Positions 1-13,007 of a DNA stretch of 64,000 nt are shown one piece after another (the first letter of the stretch is position 1; the number at the start of each line of letters is the position of its first letter). Origin of the DNA: Balanoglossus misakiensis (taxonomy: Eukaryota; Animalia; Hemichordata); contig CM082579.2 in assembly GCA_040954595.2 (NCBI GenBank), positions 14,546,550 to 14,610,549 on the forward strand, read 5' to 3'. The translations under genes were made by a program, and so were the position numbers. The notes beneath the pieces were generated by a model. The model was not told the origin of the DNA and made no database searches. It saw only the letters and a list, made by a program, of their open reading frames with translations.

Positions 1-1610
1 TCGCAATTTTCATGAATTGTTGTATATTTGACATCGTTATTTTTACTTCCGGTTTACGAAGATCTAAACTGTTTTGGGTCGGCGGGCTAAAATTAGGGTA
101 GTTCGGGTAATCGTTATGACATTGGGAGCTACGGCTGCAAAGCCATGTGTCTCGTGCGAAAAGGGCCAGACAGAGCAACATTCATCAGTAGAGACACTCA
201 TCGGTCGCTCGCTCGCTCGCTCGCTCACTCTCTCTCTCAGAGAGAGGGGGCAGACAGTCAGACAGACCGACGTTGACAGACAGTCAGTAAGTCAGTCAGC
301 CAGTTAATCAGTCAGTCAGACGTCAAAGACACAGTGACACAAACACAGCGAGGGAGACAACAGGCCCTTTCATGCTTAAACCCCTGTTCTTCTGTTATAA
401 ACTTTGAAAACCGTTCGTTTTCAGACTGCAGATTGCTCGAATAACGCGACACACTGCCGAAACAATAAAACAAATACTAGTGGGAGCTCATAAAATAAAA
501 TCGCTCAACCATTCCGTCGTCCTGAGTGACCTCAGCCACATTAATTCCGACGTCTTTTTAGGGTCATGAAAAAAGTCACAAATAAGGTATTTCCCCTAGG
601 TCCACCTGAAGCAAAAAGTTTTCGTTTCGACTCCATCATTCCGAATAATAAGAAAGCAACAAAATTGAAAAGACAGATGTAAAATGCACTCTCTCTCACG
701 TGGTAACGTTTGTAACTATGGCAATCACGGTACGTGTTCAGTACACAGACAGGGAGAAAAGTTTCTCCATGCAATACATGTGTTCAGTAAGGTTTGACCT
801 TGGTTTTACATTGTACCATGATCGCCGCTTTCTAAGCATGGATGAACGACGGCGGTCAGACCCAATCGAACCCTTTCATGTCAGATGACCACGGTATCTC
901 CACTGTGAGATGACATTTGACAAACCATTTGATTTCAACAAAATCTTCGCGTCGTCAACGCGTCGCATACCAGTCGCATATCGGTATTTACCCAATCATA
1001 AAAGTTGGAAATTCGGGAGACTCGATCTGCAACCAAGTTGAGAGTAAATTTTGACGTTTGACTATTGGCAAGTAAACAGGTTACACAATGACTTGTCGGT
1101 TTTTCCTCCGTCATGGTCGTTCTCGACCCAAGTCCCCCCTCCCAATGTCCTTCCTTGACATTTAGACACACCTTGCGGTATGACCTTGGTGGTCATGTGC
1201 AATTAGTTTTCTTGTATAAAAGCTTTTCATGCCGGGGTAGACGACTTGTGCGTGGATCATCAACATTTCAGTGATATTTCAACGCAAAGTTTTAGCAATA
1301 TTAAGAAAACAGGTAGTGAGGTGTCAAATGCATATCAATGTACGAAAATTAGGTCAAGCCACCCGACAGCAACCGCTTTCACACAGTGTCGGACGTTGCA
1401 CGGAATGTGAAACGTTACACTGCTTCGGCCGTTCACATGCACCTGGGCGTGGGTTTGATTGATGGTCAAACGCCCCCACTTACTTTGGGCGTTTTCAATG
1501 GTAAATGTGTCGTATTGATCAAAACCTTGCCGTAAACACATTTTTTTTGCTGAATCAACATTCAGAGTTCAGCCGTCTAGTTAACGAAGTATTGAAGTAA
1601 GCCACTTGTT
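1..1610 (+). repeat. Copy 1 of a duplicated block (copy 2 at 62237-64000)
   Basis: Near-identical sequence at offset 62236. The offset becomes 62400 after a 164-bp indel near position 167 and 62388 after small indels near 1133-1220. The ORF track gives matching peptides (541..774 vs 62941..63174; 700..888 vs 63100..63288). Confidence 0.97.
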
Positions 1611-4014
1611 CATCATTTTTTGTCTGTCAAACGTGTTTATTCGGACAGGGACCTGCCGCCAATGAGGGGTTTAGGGAGCCCACACGTACACTCTGGTACC
1701 TGGACAATTAACATAGACATGTCGTGTGTACCGTCCGGTTCGAAAAGATTGGTTTAAGGTAGTCCTGGTAACAGTCATCCTAACGAGGCCAGGGGAGGTC
1801 TCCAAGGGCGAAATAAACATAGCTACCGATGACGAGTCGAATTCGAATCGGACGATGCTTGTTCATAAAAGGCACAGACATAAAGCTTCGAAGTTTTTTG
1901 TCTGTGTAGTAAAGATACGACTAATCAGCCTATAGTGTAACCGTAGACCCTGGAGAAATACCAGAGCACAGCACAATGCAGCAAATGGAGTGAAACAAGA
2001 ACAAAGCTTAGTATCTGCCGCAAACAACGCTAAATCACACATTGACACTCCAAATAGAAGCAAGACAGCCGGGGGGGGGGGGAGGCACAGTTGTAGATCG
2101 CGGTTTTGACCCGCCCCTTCCACATCCTGTAGATGTTTGTGCGTCCAAGGCATTTTTGATAAAATATAGACTTTTGTTTTTAGCTCGAGTGTGGCCTAAG
2201 TATATCACCGTTCCCACGAAAAATGTCTGTCTTTTTCAAAACGTTGTATTATACTTCTGTGTTATTTGAACTCTAATACAAGTGACAGTATTAGAGGACA
2301 GATTTGGCACAGACAAAATTCGTATTAACAAACCACAGAGAAAACGTCAAAATGGAGCGATTTATAAAATGATCAATTCCACGAGTTTGCAAATTAAAGT
2401 TAAAGAGATACAGTTTCATTGGGTGGATCACTATCCTAGAGCGTCTGGAAGCATGGGTGGATTTTTACCTGGTGTTTGTTTACCTGGTAAAAATAGGCTA
2501 TTGTTCTCCCCTGCTTTTCATAGCGGATTTTTTAACACGTCTCCTCGAGATCAAACATTAATGAGCGATTAAAAGCGCTTCGTATACTTTTTGTGGGTCG
2601 AGTTGTGTTTTTCGTTTTATTTGGTCATTAATTCGATCAGAATGGATTGTTTATTGTTGTATTGTTAAAAGCTTGGATTTTATGTTTCAGTTGTGCAGAG
2701 TGCTTAAGTATGCTCGACTTGCGTGGCAATTCTGCATATTTGGAGCATTCTTTGGAATTTAATTGATTTGGACATGAGTTTGTTGTTTGGTTGGTCATGG
2801 AACAACACGTGACATTGTCTGCATGACATTCTTTAGGGTGTTCCAATTCTGTAAATGACATGAGGTGGTTACATAGGACCATATATGGCTGAGATGAGAA
2901 CATATGGCGGCGCTCTTTTTTCGCGTGTGCCACCCACTAAAAATCTGTGATTGGCTACATCTCAATTTGCCATGGTAACTATAGCTAATTTTCCATAGGT
3001 GACCGAATACCTTTAATTGCCTGTTGGTACTAAACAGCACTCTCCCCGAGTCTAGTGAAACATCATTTTGGGGGATCTGGATTTCGTGTTCATTATTGCG
3101 TGACTGATACGGCGGGTATCGATTGGAATAGGCCCTATCGTTAAAATAGAAGTTCATTCTTGTCGGGCGACCCAGGAAGGCATAAGCTTGACGTGCCTAA
3201 AGTTTGTCGGACATTGTTCGACCATCACGGCTGCAAATTGGTTTAAGTTCGACCCTGGGCCCGGTGTAGCCTGCTCCAATAGAAATGGAGAAATTAAGTA
3301 TAAGGCAACAACCCGAATGTGCCACTTTTTCACTCACAGCATCCCTATAAAACCACAGTAAGTGATAAAACAAAAGGTTAGGTCGACTTTTCATGTCCTT
3401 ATGCGCATGAAAAGAAAAGAATGAGACAGGGTCAATGAAGTCTAGTATCGTGTCTTCGTGCACACGAAGACGCCCGAGCCGTTCATCATCATGGTATTCC
3501 TCGTGGAATCTCTTGGCAAGTGCATGGCGTGTACCGAGTCAGAACATGTAAATACTGACTTCTGCCATAGACGTACCAGGTGCTTCGACGAGTTGGCCTT
3601 CGGCATTGTGGTTTTTTGGCTTTTCTAGTGAAGCCGAAGGCCAAAACCAAGGACCGTGACTAAACTGAAAAGCCCCCACCCCCCCCCCCCCCCCATCTCC
3701 CCCCCCGCCCTCACCAGTTTTTGTAGTAGATATGTTCTTCATGCCTACCCCAATTCTACCGCTGGCTGCGCTGTCACAGTGACCTCAAGCCAGGTCAAAT
3801 TTGAGCTAAAAGACAAGTTCCGTCTACATACTCATGAATATTTCTTGGTTTCTTCGCGTATAAACTCAGGAATACTATGCCCCTGAAGCCTCGGCTGGCT
3901 TTGATGCACGTTATCATGTTTTAATTAGTCAAAGACCCACGGTAGCAAAGTAGGTAATTGTCTTTTTTTCACGCGTATCCTTTGGTCATATATTCTGCCT
4001 GCAGCCCCCAGCCC

Positions 4015-4330
4015 TTGCTGCAGTTTGCAGCCCCTCCATCTCCCCTGAACGAGTTTTGGTTTTGCCGATTGAAGTTGAATAACTGGGGAAAACGTAGGCA
4101 AAATCGACAAATACCGCGACATCCTTTGCCAGGTAAGCGCTGTATGGGTTCCGGGACCGATTTGGCGAAAAAATTGTGGAAAATTGTGGACTGGAGACGT
4201 CTGGAGTGTAGAAATTCGCTCCGGGCCCAAATCCCGGTCGCTCGTTGTGCGGTTTAGAATAGCTGGGACCTGCAGCCCCGCAAAAACAAAAATCGTCCAG
4301 GGGAGATGGAGGGGCTGCAAACTGCAGCAA
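4015..4330. mobile_element. MITE-like element with 33-bp inverted repeats
   Basis: TTGCTGCAGTTTGCAGCCCCTCCATCTCCCCTG (4015-4047) and its reverse complement (4298-4330). No coding content. Confidence 0.7.
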
Positions 4331-5066
4331 CCCCCAGCCCCACATTCGCTGATATAATTGTCACGTACCTCGATAGTTATTATAATTTTTAGTTAGAGAC
4401 GGCCTTGTAGACTCGGAATTGAAGACTAGCGACGGCTCAGCTGGCATATCGTACCACTTTTTCTGTTACATTGCCGACCGGCCCGGCGCAACTACCGAGG
4501 AAAGATACGGGTGTGCTCGTGGGAATTGTCAACTACCCGTTCATCGTTCGACTGCTCAACACAGATCATTGATAACACAATGTCACATTTCGAACTAATT
4601 TTGAAATTCTGGATAAATTCTCCAAATATCCTGTTAATCTGGGATTTTCTTCCATCACCTTGATGCAACTGTATCAGAATTTGTCTTTTAAGTTTATTCA
4701 CACCAAAAAAAAAAACAACAACAGCCATTTCCTGGAAATTGTCATGTTTTCTCTAAAAGAAATAAGCTGAACTTTTTTATTCAAAGGAAACGTTCAGCAA
4801 TTTTTTTTCTCCCCAAAATTCAGGTGAATTTTTCACAGATTCTTTTTTCCCAGAAATTCTGCCGAAATCTACACTAATCACACACTTATTGGAAAGGTGT
4901 AACACAAAATATAGACTTTACAAACAAAAATCTAATGTTATACATTTATGAACCTCTTATTCACCAATATTAAATGTTTTCAAAGAGGAAATGTATTATT
5001 CACGGACTGGAATTTCGAAATTAGTTTGGAACATGTTTGATGTGTTATAAATTGGTTTATTTTCAG

Positions 5067-5185
5067 ATTTTATGGTGGGCACTTGACAGTAATTGAGGGT
5101 TATTCTGAAAATCGTTATGCTGGAGCAGAGATTGTAAACCAGATTGAAGAGACTTCCAATGAAACAGCGAACCATGGTTGGATTG
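5067..5185 (+). CDS. C-type lectin domain exon (middle)
   Basis: tttcag| A TTT TAT GGT GGG CAC TTG... = FYGGHLTVIEGYSENRYAGAEIVNQIEETSNETANHGWIG |gtgagt. Contains CTLD GGHL and WIG motifs; phase 2 to 1. Confidence 0.9.
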
Positions 5186-5628
5186 GTGAGTGTGTCTTTT
5201 AACAGTGTTTGTCAGTGTTCCCAAATAATTTGTGGGTGTATCAAGTGTAAAAAATAACTGGTTTTGGAATTTGACAGTTTACAAGTAAGCACTGCATAGT
5301 AACACTTGAATGATAATTGTCTCAAGATGGTAATTGAAAAGCCTATTTTTTACATCTCAATAACCTCACAAAATCTTGCTATTAAGTGACTCTGTATGCA
5401 GTTTTTCATCCAGATGGAGGGATGAGGGAATTCGCCCACTGTCAGCATGTTGGCACCCCCCTAGAAATTTGTCAAGGGGGAAATGGTGCCCCTTACAGAC
5501 TCAGCGATGTCACTCATTCCCCTCCTTGCAAGAGTGCAACTATTCAAGCAAAGGGGGACATATCCCCCCCCCCCATCCTGGATGAAACACTGCTGTATGC
5601 ATCTTCTTTCTTTATTTCCATTTTATAG

Positions 5629-5844
5629 GATTTAGTGGACCCAATCGAGATGGCAGTGTGGAATATGATTATTCAGATGGCAGGAAAGGTAGTGTCTTTG
5701 ATGGTCGATGGGCAGACACAGAACCTGATGCCTCCACTGGGCAATGTGTGAGGTTAAACCTCTTTGAAAATAATTACCCATTGTATCATGCAAGATGTGA
5801 TGATGTCAGTCTGTCAATGTGTGAAGTAGCAGCTTGTGCTGAAG
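5629..5844 (+). CDS. C-type lectin domain exon (C-terminal)
   Basis: tatag| GFSGPNRDGSVEYDYSDGRKGSVFDGRWADTEPDASTGQCVRLNLFENNYPLYHARCDDVSLSMCEVAACAE |gtaagt. Shows W...EPD, CV and C...CE motifs; phase 1-1. Confidence 0.9.
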
Positions 5845-5939
5845 GTAAGTCTGATTCAAATCAGCTAGAATCTTCCCTTACTCGCATCAGGTCTTTACTT
5901 TTCTCGCACTGCTGTAGTCACCTCCCAATATATATACTA

Positions 5940-6240
5940 AGAGAGAGTGTGTGCAAAAGAGCGGGAGGGAGAGGCTGGGAGGGGAGAGTGAGAGGGGAGG
6001 GAGAGAGAGCTGGAGAGTGACAGGCAGGGAGGGAGGGAGGGTGGTAGTGAGGGAGAGGGGGAGAGAGAACTAGAGGGAGAGGGAGGGGTAGAGGGGGGTA
6101 GGGAGGGAGAGAGAGCTAGAGAGGGGTGGGAGGGAGGGAGAGGGGCGGGAGAGGGGAGGGAGAGGGGCGGGAGAGGGGAGGGAGAGAGCTAGAGAGGGAG
6201 GGGGAGGGGGTGGAAGGGAGGGAAGGAGAGAGAGTTAGAG
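5940..6240 (+). repeat. GA-rich polypurine low-complexity tract
   Basis: About 300 bp of GGGAG/GAGAG runs within an intron. Confidence 0.9.
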
Positions 6241-6439
6241 TCCCCTAAGCAATACAAGATATACTTGGAAGAGCTCACCACTAAAAGTTAAACAAGGGGG
6301 ATCAGATCATGTGATGTCTCCTTGGGTGCAGAATGGTGTTATATTTGAAATTCAAAATTGAGGCCAGTTGTCGCTAGATAATTCCACTCATTAATTGTAT
6401 GGTTATGTTTACTTAACAATTTCTTTTAGACTATTTATG

Positions 6440-7912
6440 TAATAGAGAACCACCGACCCCGAGGTGGTTCTTGGTTTCGAATTGCCGAGGGCCGCAGGCC
6501 CGAGGCGATTGGAAACCAAGAACCACTGAGGGGGAGGTGGTTCTCTAACTTAAACCACGACCCCCCACAGACATTGTCACCATTGGAGCTTCGTGTACCA
6601 CAAAGACGTCGTTTTACTCAACGATTCAATAAAATGAACGAACAAAAGCTTATCAAAAGAGGCTTATTCTTCATTGCTGACTGTGAAATTTGGTTGGCCA
6701 CCCCTTTTCCTATAAATGAATCATGTCGTGGGCAGGTAGTTCTAGACCGCCCTGCTGGGCCTTACAAGATCGCCCACGCTTGACAGGTGTTACTCTAAAT
6801 GTTCATGCTTACGTGTCAGAGTGATATGCTAATTTCAAACACTAATTTGCATCAAATTAAACTTTACAGGTGTGTTACGTAGTGTATTATGGGAAGCGTT
6901 ACAGCTATTGGGGTTTTGCGTGCACATGGTAAGCTTACGCGAAAATTTTCTAGGCCAAATGCAGAAGGCCTACATGTAAGTGTCACGTTTTTTTTTTTAT
7001 TTTCCTTCAAATGTCCATGAAATCGATCTGAAGATACATGTAGTTCCGATCTATATCATCTGCGAAAACAAGCGGCTACATGTTGGTAAAGCAAAAACCG
7101 GGTAACAATGCTCTACATGGTACTACTGCCCGTCTGTGTATTGGCCTCCCTGGCTTTTGAACGAACCACTCTCTACGAGCCACAGCGGCAACACGTCTGT
7201 ATGGTAGCGATATTGGTGAGTAACTCATCTGCGAAAAGACTTGATACCGAAGTGAATCCGTCCGACATTACAAACCCACGTCTGGTGAACAGCAACAAAA
7301 GTAAGCAGAATTTTGCAAGGTACGCGGGTTTTAGGCCTAAAACAGCCAACCTTGTTACATGTCGGTAGTGAAGCAAAATCGAAGTGAAGCATCTGGTTAG
7401 AGTAATGCAAGCAAATCTGGGGATAATGTGATTTAGTATAATTTTCTAGAAATTTGTAGTTAATTTATTGCAACGTTAGTTTGTTTCTGGTGAATTGATT
7501 TTTGTCTATTTTATACTTTTATTATCATGTTATGAAGACTCTCGAGAGCCACCAAGACATTAGCTTTGTACGTCAGTAGACAAAACTGTGAATGTGAAGC
7601 ATTGAATGAAATGATCCGGAGACTGTCGCATATCCAGTTCGCTTTCAATTAACATAACAATTACTCTATTCAAATGAAATGTACTTTGAATACAGGTATA
7701 GAAGTAAATGTAATTATGCAAATAAAGCATTGTGTATTTGTATTTTTGTTACGACAGGTGAGACTGAGTCCTGCGGTAGTTCTAGAACCCCCGGAGGTAG
7801 TTCTAGAACTACCCGGGACTTGGTTTTAAACCTGTGGTTTTGTGTGAGACGGAGGTTCTCTCAGTGAATGACTTGTCTATTGAATAGTGTGACGTCACGA
7901 TCGTGGTTTAAT
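6440..7912. mobile_element. Non-autonomous element with terminal hairpin (Crypton-like)
   Basis: ~105-bp hairpin TAGAGAACCACC...GGTGGTTCTCTA (6443-6547) centred on CCGAGGGCCGCAGGCCCGAGG. TAAACCACGA (6551-6560) is inverted at TCGTGGTTTA (7901-7910). Confidence 0.55.
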
Positions 7913-7987
7913 TGTATGATCATCTCCTTTGCAACTAAAGACTACTTTTGAACTGTCAGCAGAAAGTCTGATCCTCAAAGAATTTTG

Positions 7988-8182
7988 TACTGTAAACAGG
8001 AAATTTTCGCGAGCGATACATTTTTGCGAACTATGCGAGAGCCAAAAAAACGCGAAAATAAACAAGTTGTGTCAAAATGTTTTTCGAAGATAGCAATGCC
8101 GTGAAATATGAGAATGCGAAAATCAATCATCGCATAACAGTTGCCACTTTTGATATCATGAAAAATTTCCTGTTTTACAGTA
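7988..8182. mobile_element. TACTGTAAA...TTTACAGTA MITE (TA-flanked family)
   Basis: Terminal inverted repeats TACTGTAAA(A)CAGGAAATTTT. Relatives at 12329-12538, ~12582-12780, 13008-13218, ~15831-16025 and 38852-39053. Confidence 0.8.
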
Positions 8183-8490
8183 TGTCATAAATATAAATCA
8201 GAAACAAAACTGGGCCAAGTATTTTAAGAATCTGGCATCTGTCACACTGATAGTTTGAGCTTAGAGAATCATAATATGCGGTTCTTGGAATTTTCGGGTG
8301 TGATAAATGTCGTTTCAAAATTTTTACATTTGATTACTAATACAAACATTGTTTTATACATGTACATTGGATACTCACTGTTGGTGAAGTAATTTTATCA
8401 TCAATGAAATTTCGTCAACTTGATGAGCTGAATCTTTATGACCATTCATCACACAAACATACTCTTTCTTTTTATTTTAATGATATTCAG

Positions 8491-8626
8491 GAACATGTGG
8501 TGGTTTGGAAACTGGTGAATCGGGGACCTTTCACAGCACTGGATACCCAGATGATAATTATTACATTCTACAAGAATGTATTTGGACAATCCAGGGACCT
8601 GCAACATCCAGAATAAGTGCTCACTT
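8491..8626 (+). CDS. CUB1 N-terminal exon (3' end out of phase)
   Basis: ttcag| GTCGGLETGESGTFHSTGYPDDNYYILQECIWTIQGPATSRI..., with CGG/YP/CxW CUB motifs. The donor gtaaac at 8627 leaves phase 2 while the next exon needs phase 0; read-through hits TAA at 8628-8630. Confidence 0.85.
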
Positions 8627-8920
8627 GTAAACTGTCAAATTCCAAAACCAGTTATTTTTTACAGTAAAACTTGCATAAACCACTAACTCTGTCTAATCTG
8701 AAAACCTGCCTATACAAAACACCTTTTCCCGTCCATTCGACATACAAACACTTTAAAAAAAAAAACAGACACATGTATTAGATTTAAATTCATTTCAACT
8801 AAAAAAAAAATAATTTGATTTTTTTCTTCCTTATAACAAACATGATTTTTGGTAAACTTTTGAATTAAAGGGCCATTATCTATAACTTCAGGCTAGTTTA
8901 TCAGTAATTTTGTTTTGTGT

Positions 8921-9575
8921 TTATTACACCTCACGTATTATACCGTTTTCGTGATTGGCTGAGACGCGCTCACGTGATATAGAGAAAAAAGTGATATAAC
9001 ATGGCTAGAGTTGATAAAGCCCTGTCGCGTGCGCTGATATTGCCCACTTGGTTGTTTTGGTGTTCTGGGCACGACTTCTGCGCGTTCCAAACTGTCGTTC
9101 AATGGCTTCCTTCACGATCAGTCAACTCCCGCATCTATATGGCTTCAAAGCGACACACAGGCTTAACACCTGTTCTACTGGATGATATTTTACTGCAAAC
9201 GGGCAGTAAATACACCAAAATCGCAACCAACAGCGCAGTATTTTCAAAATAATCTAAGTTCGAAGTAGGTATCGTATAATTCTTGGGAGATCGAGACATT
9301 TTACATTCTCAGCAACGTACGACATATGGACGCGAGTCTACATGCTACATGCTGCAGTGTATGTACGTTCAAATGTTCGGCGTAATAAAATTAATAACAC
9401 ATTATGCTCGGGCAACATCACGATTTGAAGCCTGCCCTCGGGCTGGTGATCTCTGACCAAAATATTGATGATACCCTCGCCTGCGGCTCGGGCATCATCA
9501 ATATTATGGTCAGAGATCACCATCCCTCATGCAGGCTTCAAATCGTGATATTGCCCTCGCTATCATGTGTTATTA
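8921..9575. mobile_element. Non-autonomous element with long terminal hairpin (Crypton-like)
   Basis: ~185-bp imperfect palindrome TAATAACACAT(9392)...ATGTGTTATTA(9575) centred on CCCTCGCCTGCGGCTCGGG. Short related repeat TTATTACAC at 8921. Confidence 0.55.
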
Positions 9576-9940
9576 TTTAAATTAAACACTTTTTCTTGTT
9601 CCTCTCCTCATGAGTAACCCATCACACCCAGCTCTCTGCTTGTCAACGAGTCATGTGTATGTGTACTGACTGTTGTTATTATTTACGAATGTTTTCAAAC
9701 AACAACAATGCCGATTGTGCCCTCATAGGTTTCGTTGAGAAGTTAAGACTATGGATTTAACTCTGCCCTGCGTAGCTGAACAAGAAACTATAATTGATAC
9801 ACAGAATAGAAATACTGAAAAATGCAAAAAGTTACAGCTAATGGGGCTTAAGTCATGAAACTGTGTTTATTTTCATGTATATTGGCTTGAGACAGCTCAC
9901 TATTTATGATGTGTGTTGTGACATTTTTTATTCTTTTCAG

Positions 9941-10142
9941 TTTCTACATTTTGACACTGAACTTTATCATGATACTGTTGTCATTGTCGAGGTGTCTGTG
10001 TTTGACCCATCCAAAGTTCTTGCCACATACAGTGGACCGGACCAGCCTGATGAAGTTATTAGCAGTGGTAATGCAATGTTGGTGAAATTTCTCTCAGATA
10101 GTTCGCATACTGCTACTGGCTTTGAAGCATCTTGGCAAGCAG
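9941..10142 (+). CDS. CUB1 C-terminal exon
   Basis: ttttcag| FLHFDTELYHDTVVIVEVSVFDPSKVLATYSGPDQPDEVISSGNAMLVKFLSDSSHTATGFEASWQA |gtaata. Classic FxSD...GF motif. Confidence 0.92.
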
Positions 10143-10435
10143 GTAATACCAAGTTTTATACATAATGTAAAACTGGAAATTTTCGCAAACGATAAATTTT
10201 CGCGAACTACACATAAACTTTGCATGTGTGGACACAAGGCAACTAAAAGCATTAATGCTCTGTGTTTACCTTAGGCAAATAGTGTCTCTGAAACGTTTCG
10301 AATTTTACCCTACGTGAACCTGGTATAACATTATAGATTGCACATGTAGGCAATATTTGCCCTACCTCGACTGTGATCTTGCTGATGTCCTGTTTGTGAA
10401 GTGTTTCTGTTAAGATGACTTCTTCTTTCTTTCAG

Positions 10436-10586
10436 TGTATTCTTTGTGTGGTGGGAATTTCATAGCACAGTCATATAAACAGAATCTCAGCAGTACAGAA
10501 TATTTGAAGGCAAGAATTATCTCAACAATGAAGATTGTAACTGACAGCTGGCATCATTCACAACAGAATTTGTTGTCACTTTACAG
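10436..10586 (+). pseudogene. CUB2 N-terminal exon with frameshift and nonsense codon
   Basis: VYSLCGGNFIAQSYKQNLSSTEY, then a 1-nt shift near 10505 into EGKNYLNNEDCN*QLASFTTEFVVTLQ |gtagtg. TGA (10542-10544) sits at the conserved CxW tryptophan. Confidence 0.85.
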
Positions 10587-11366
10587 GTAGTGGATTCAGA
10601 TGCAATTAATCGTGTGAGTTGTTTTACAGCATGACAAAAATTAGTAATTATATTTTTAAAAATACATTTTATTTTTGTCATTTCTGGTCAATTCTCAGTA
10701 GTCACTTTTCCGATTTCTTAAAATTTGGTTTACAAGGACCTACAATATTTGTTATTATAGTGTACATAAACATGTGACAAATATCAATACTGGGGAGGAG
10801 GGGGGTGGGTAGTTTTAGACATTTTTGGTCCAAAAGTCCACTTATGTCAGAAACGGCTCTTCCAGTTGTTTTGGATTTTGGTTTATTGGGATGTAAAAAT
10901 ATTCTTTATCAGATGTATTCTTATATTACCTCATCAATGCTAAAGGTGTCCTTATAGGGACGAAGTCTCTCTCTCTCGCTGCCCTTTTCCCATTAATTAT
11001 GTTTGATACAAGACACCGTTTATGTAAGTAAGAATTGTAAGGATCACAGATCTATCTTCTTTTGCCATTCTTTCTGGAAGTTTATAATATAAGCTAATCT
11101 GATACTGGGTCATTATGGAACTTTTTAACAGAAAAAATAACAAAATGTGAAAAAAGTTAAATGAGTTTAATTTGATAACTACATGTATAACGACAGAAAG
11201 GTTTGACCTAAGGAAGTCATATACAGTTAACAGTCATTTCTTCTGTCGCGTACGACTTTTTATCCAGAAGGCAATTATTATGTGATTTGATCCCCTAGCA
11301 CAAAATAAAAGGCAGCCAGGATTACACCAAACCTGTGGATTGAATTCATTATTCCTTGTTTCGTAT

Positions 11367-11970
11367 TTTTAGCTTGGCTGTCACTTGTGTCAGCCAAGCT
11401 GTAGCAGTAGGTTGATAAGTGTCCGTCTGTCGTCCGGCGTCCGTTGTCCGTCGTCCGTCAACTTTCGGTATTTCAATCTTCTTCGTTAAAACGACATTGC
11501 ATATTTAGCTATAATTTGGTAGGAATGTGTGTTATGGTGCCCCTACCTGATTTTGTAAATTTGGATTTGATCGGGTCATGAATATGCAAATTAGATCTAA
11601 AAATATAATTTTTGGTAAAAAATCTTCTTCTCCCTAACTACATGTACGATGGAGCTGAAATTTGGTAGAATGTGTGTTATGGTGCCCCTACCTGATTTTG
11701 TTTTATTGGAATTTTGATCGGGTCATGAATATGCTAATTAGTACCTTGGTACTTCCTTTTGATGTTGTTCTTTAGGAATAAATTCTTTCTTTCTTTAGCA
11801 CAATGAATCAGGCTGAATGTGGATATTAAATACTTGTGATGTCTATGTTTGGTTTTGTTTAATAGAATACAATTGTTATGATTAAAACCTAGGGTATTCA
11901 TATCATTGCCCAGCTATAGGTTTCACTGTTAAAGTCAGCAGAGCTCTTTTGACCGATAGGTCACTTGTTT
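11367..11970 (+). mobile_element. HINE/DINE-1-like non-autonomous element
   Basis: T-run, 5' hairpin AGCTTGGCTG...CAGCCAAGCT, (GTCC/GTC)n microsatellite, an internal duplication, and 3' hairpin GACCGATAGGTC followed by ACTTGTTT. Confidence 0.7.
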
Positions 11971-11978
11971 CTTTAAAG

Positions 11979-12163
11979 GTTGCCAGGGAATTGAAATTCT
12001 GCGTAGTTTTGGCACGATTCAGTCACCAGGGTATGATGTTAGCACTTACCCTGATGATGTTCTGTGTAGCTGGTTAATCAAGGAACCAACTGGAAGACCA
12101 TTAACTCTTATCTTTGATGAGAACTTTGGATTAGAGAGGAACACAGATGTTGATTACATCATT
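11979..12163 (+). CDS. CUB3 N-terminal exon
   Basis: taaag| GCQGIEILRSFGTIQSPGYDVSTYPDDVLCSWLIKEPTGRPLTLIFDENFGLERNTDVDYII |gtgagt. SPGY...YP...CxW motifs. Confidence 0.9.
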
Positions 12164-12816
12164 GTGAGTATCAGATATGATCATGAGTCAGCCATGTTAA
12201 AAATATTTGTCATATTAAAAAATTTGTCATATTATTTTGCAGTGATTTTAGTTTGACAATTTTGGCAGACATTACTTCAAACTATACAACTTTGGAACAC
12301 AATTTGGAAATTTAATTAATCACATATATACTGTAAAACGGGATACTTTTGCAACATGAAATTTTCGCGTTATCAAAAGAGGCAAGTGTTATGCAACAAT
12401 AACTTTTCACGTTCTTGTATTTCACTGCATCATTATCCCCGAAAAACATTTTTACGCAACTTTTTATTTTCATGTTTTGATGGCTCTCACGTAGATCGCG
12501 AAAATTTATTGTTTGCGAACATTTCCCATTTTACAGTATGTTGAGTAGCTGTTACAGCAGGAAATGCAACAAGGATTGAATACTATAAAATTTTCGTGAA
12601 CGATAAATTTTCGTAAACTATGTGAGAGCCAAAAAATATGAAAATAAAAAGTCGCTTAAAATGCTTCAGAGATAACAATGCAGTAAAATATGCCAATGTG
12701 AAAATTAATTGTCGCGTAACAGTAGCCACCTTTGATATCGCGAAAATTTCCTGTTGTGAAGATTTCCCGTTTTACGGTATTTACAATGCATGCTTAATTT
12801 GTCTTTGTTTCTGAAG

Positions 12817-13000
12817 GTATACAATGGTACTGAGAGTGATGATGATGTCATTATTGGTCCATGGAGTGGCAATTCTGATGGAGTCATTGATGGCACTGTG
12901 CCACCACCCGATTGCCGTACAGACATTGGACACTTTTCGGTTGTGTTCAGGAGTAGTAGAACACGACCAGCTAAAGGATTCAGGGCTTCATTTTCACCAG
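12817..13000 (+). CDS. CUB3 C-terminal exon
   Basis: ctgaag| VYNGTESDDDVIIGPWSGNSDGVIDGTVPPPDCRTDIGHFSVVFRSSRTRPAKGFRASFSP |gtacac; phase 0-1. Confidence 0.88.
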
Positions 13001-13007
13001 GTACACA

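Noticed and set aside
329-350. CACAGTG heptamer as a RAG-type recombination signal
   Set aside because: There is no ACAAAAACC nonamer at 12- or 23-bp spacing, and it lies in a CA/GA-rich low-complexity stretch.
3925-4345. Overlapping 99-131 aa ORFs on both strands
   Set aside because: They arise from a GC-rich inverted-repeat element and show no recognisable domain.
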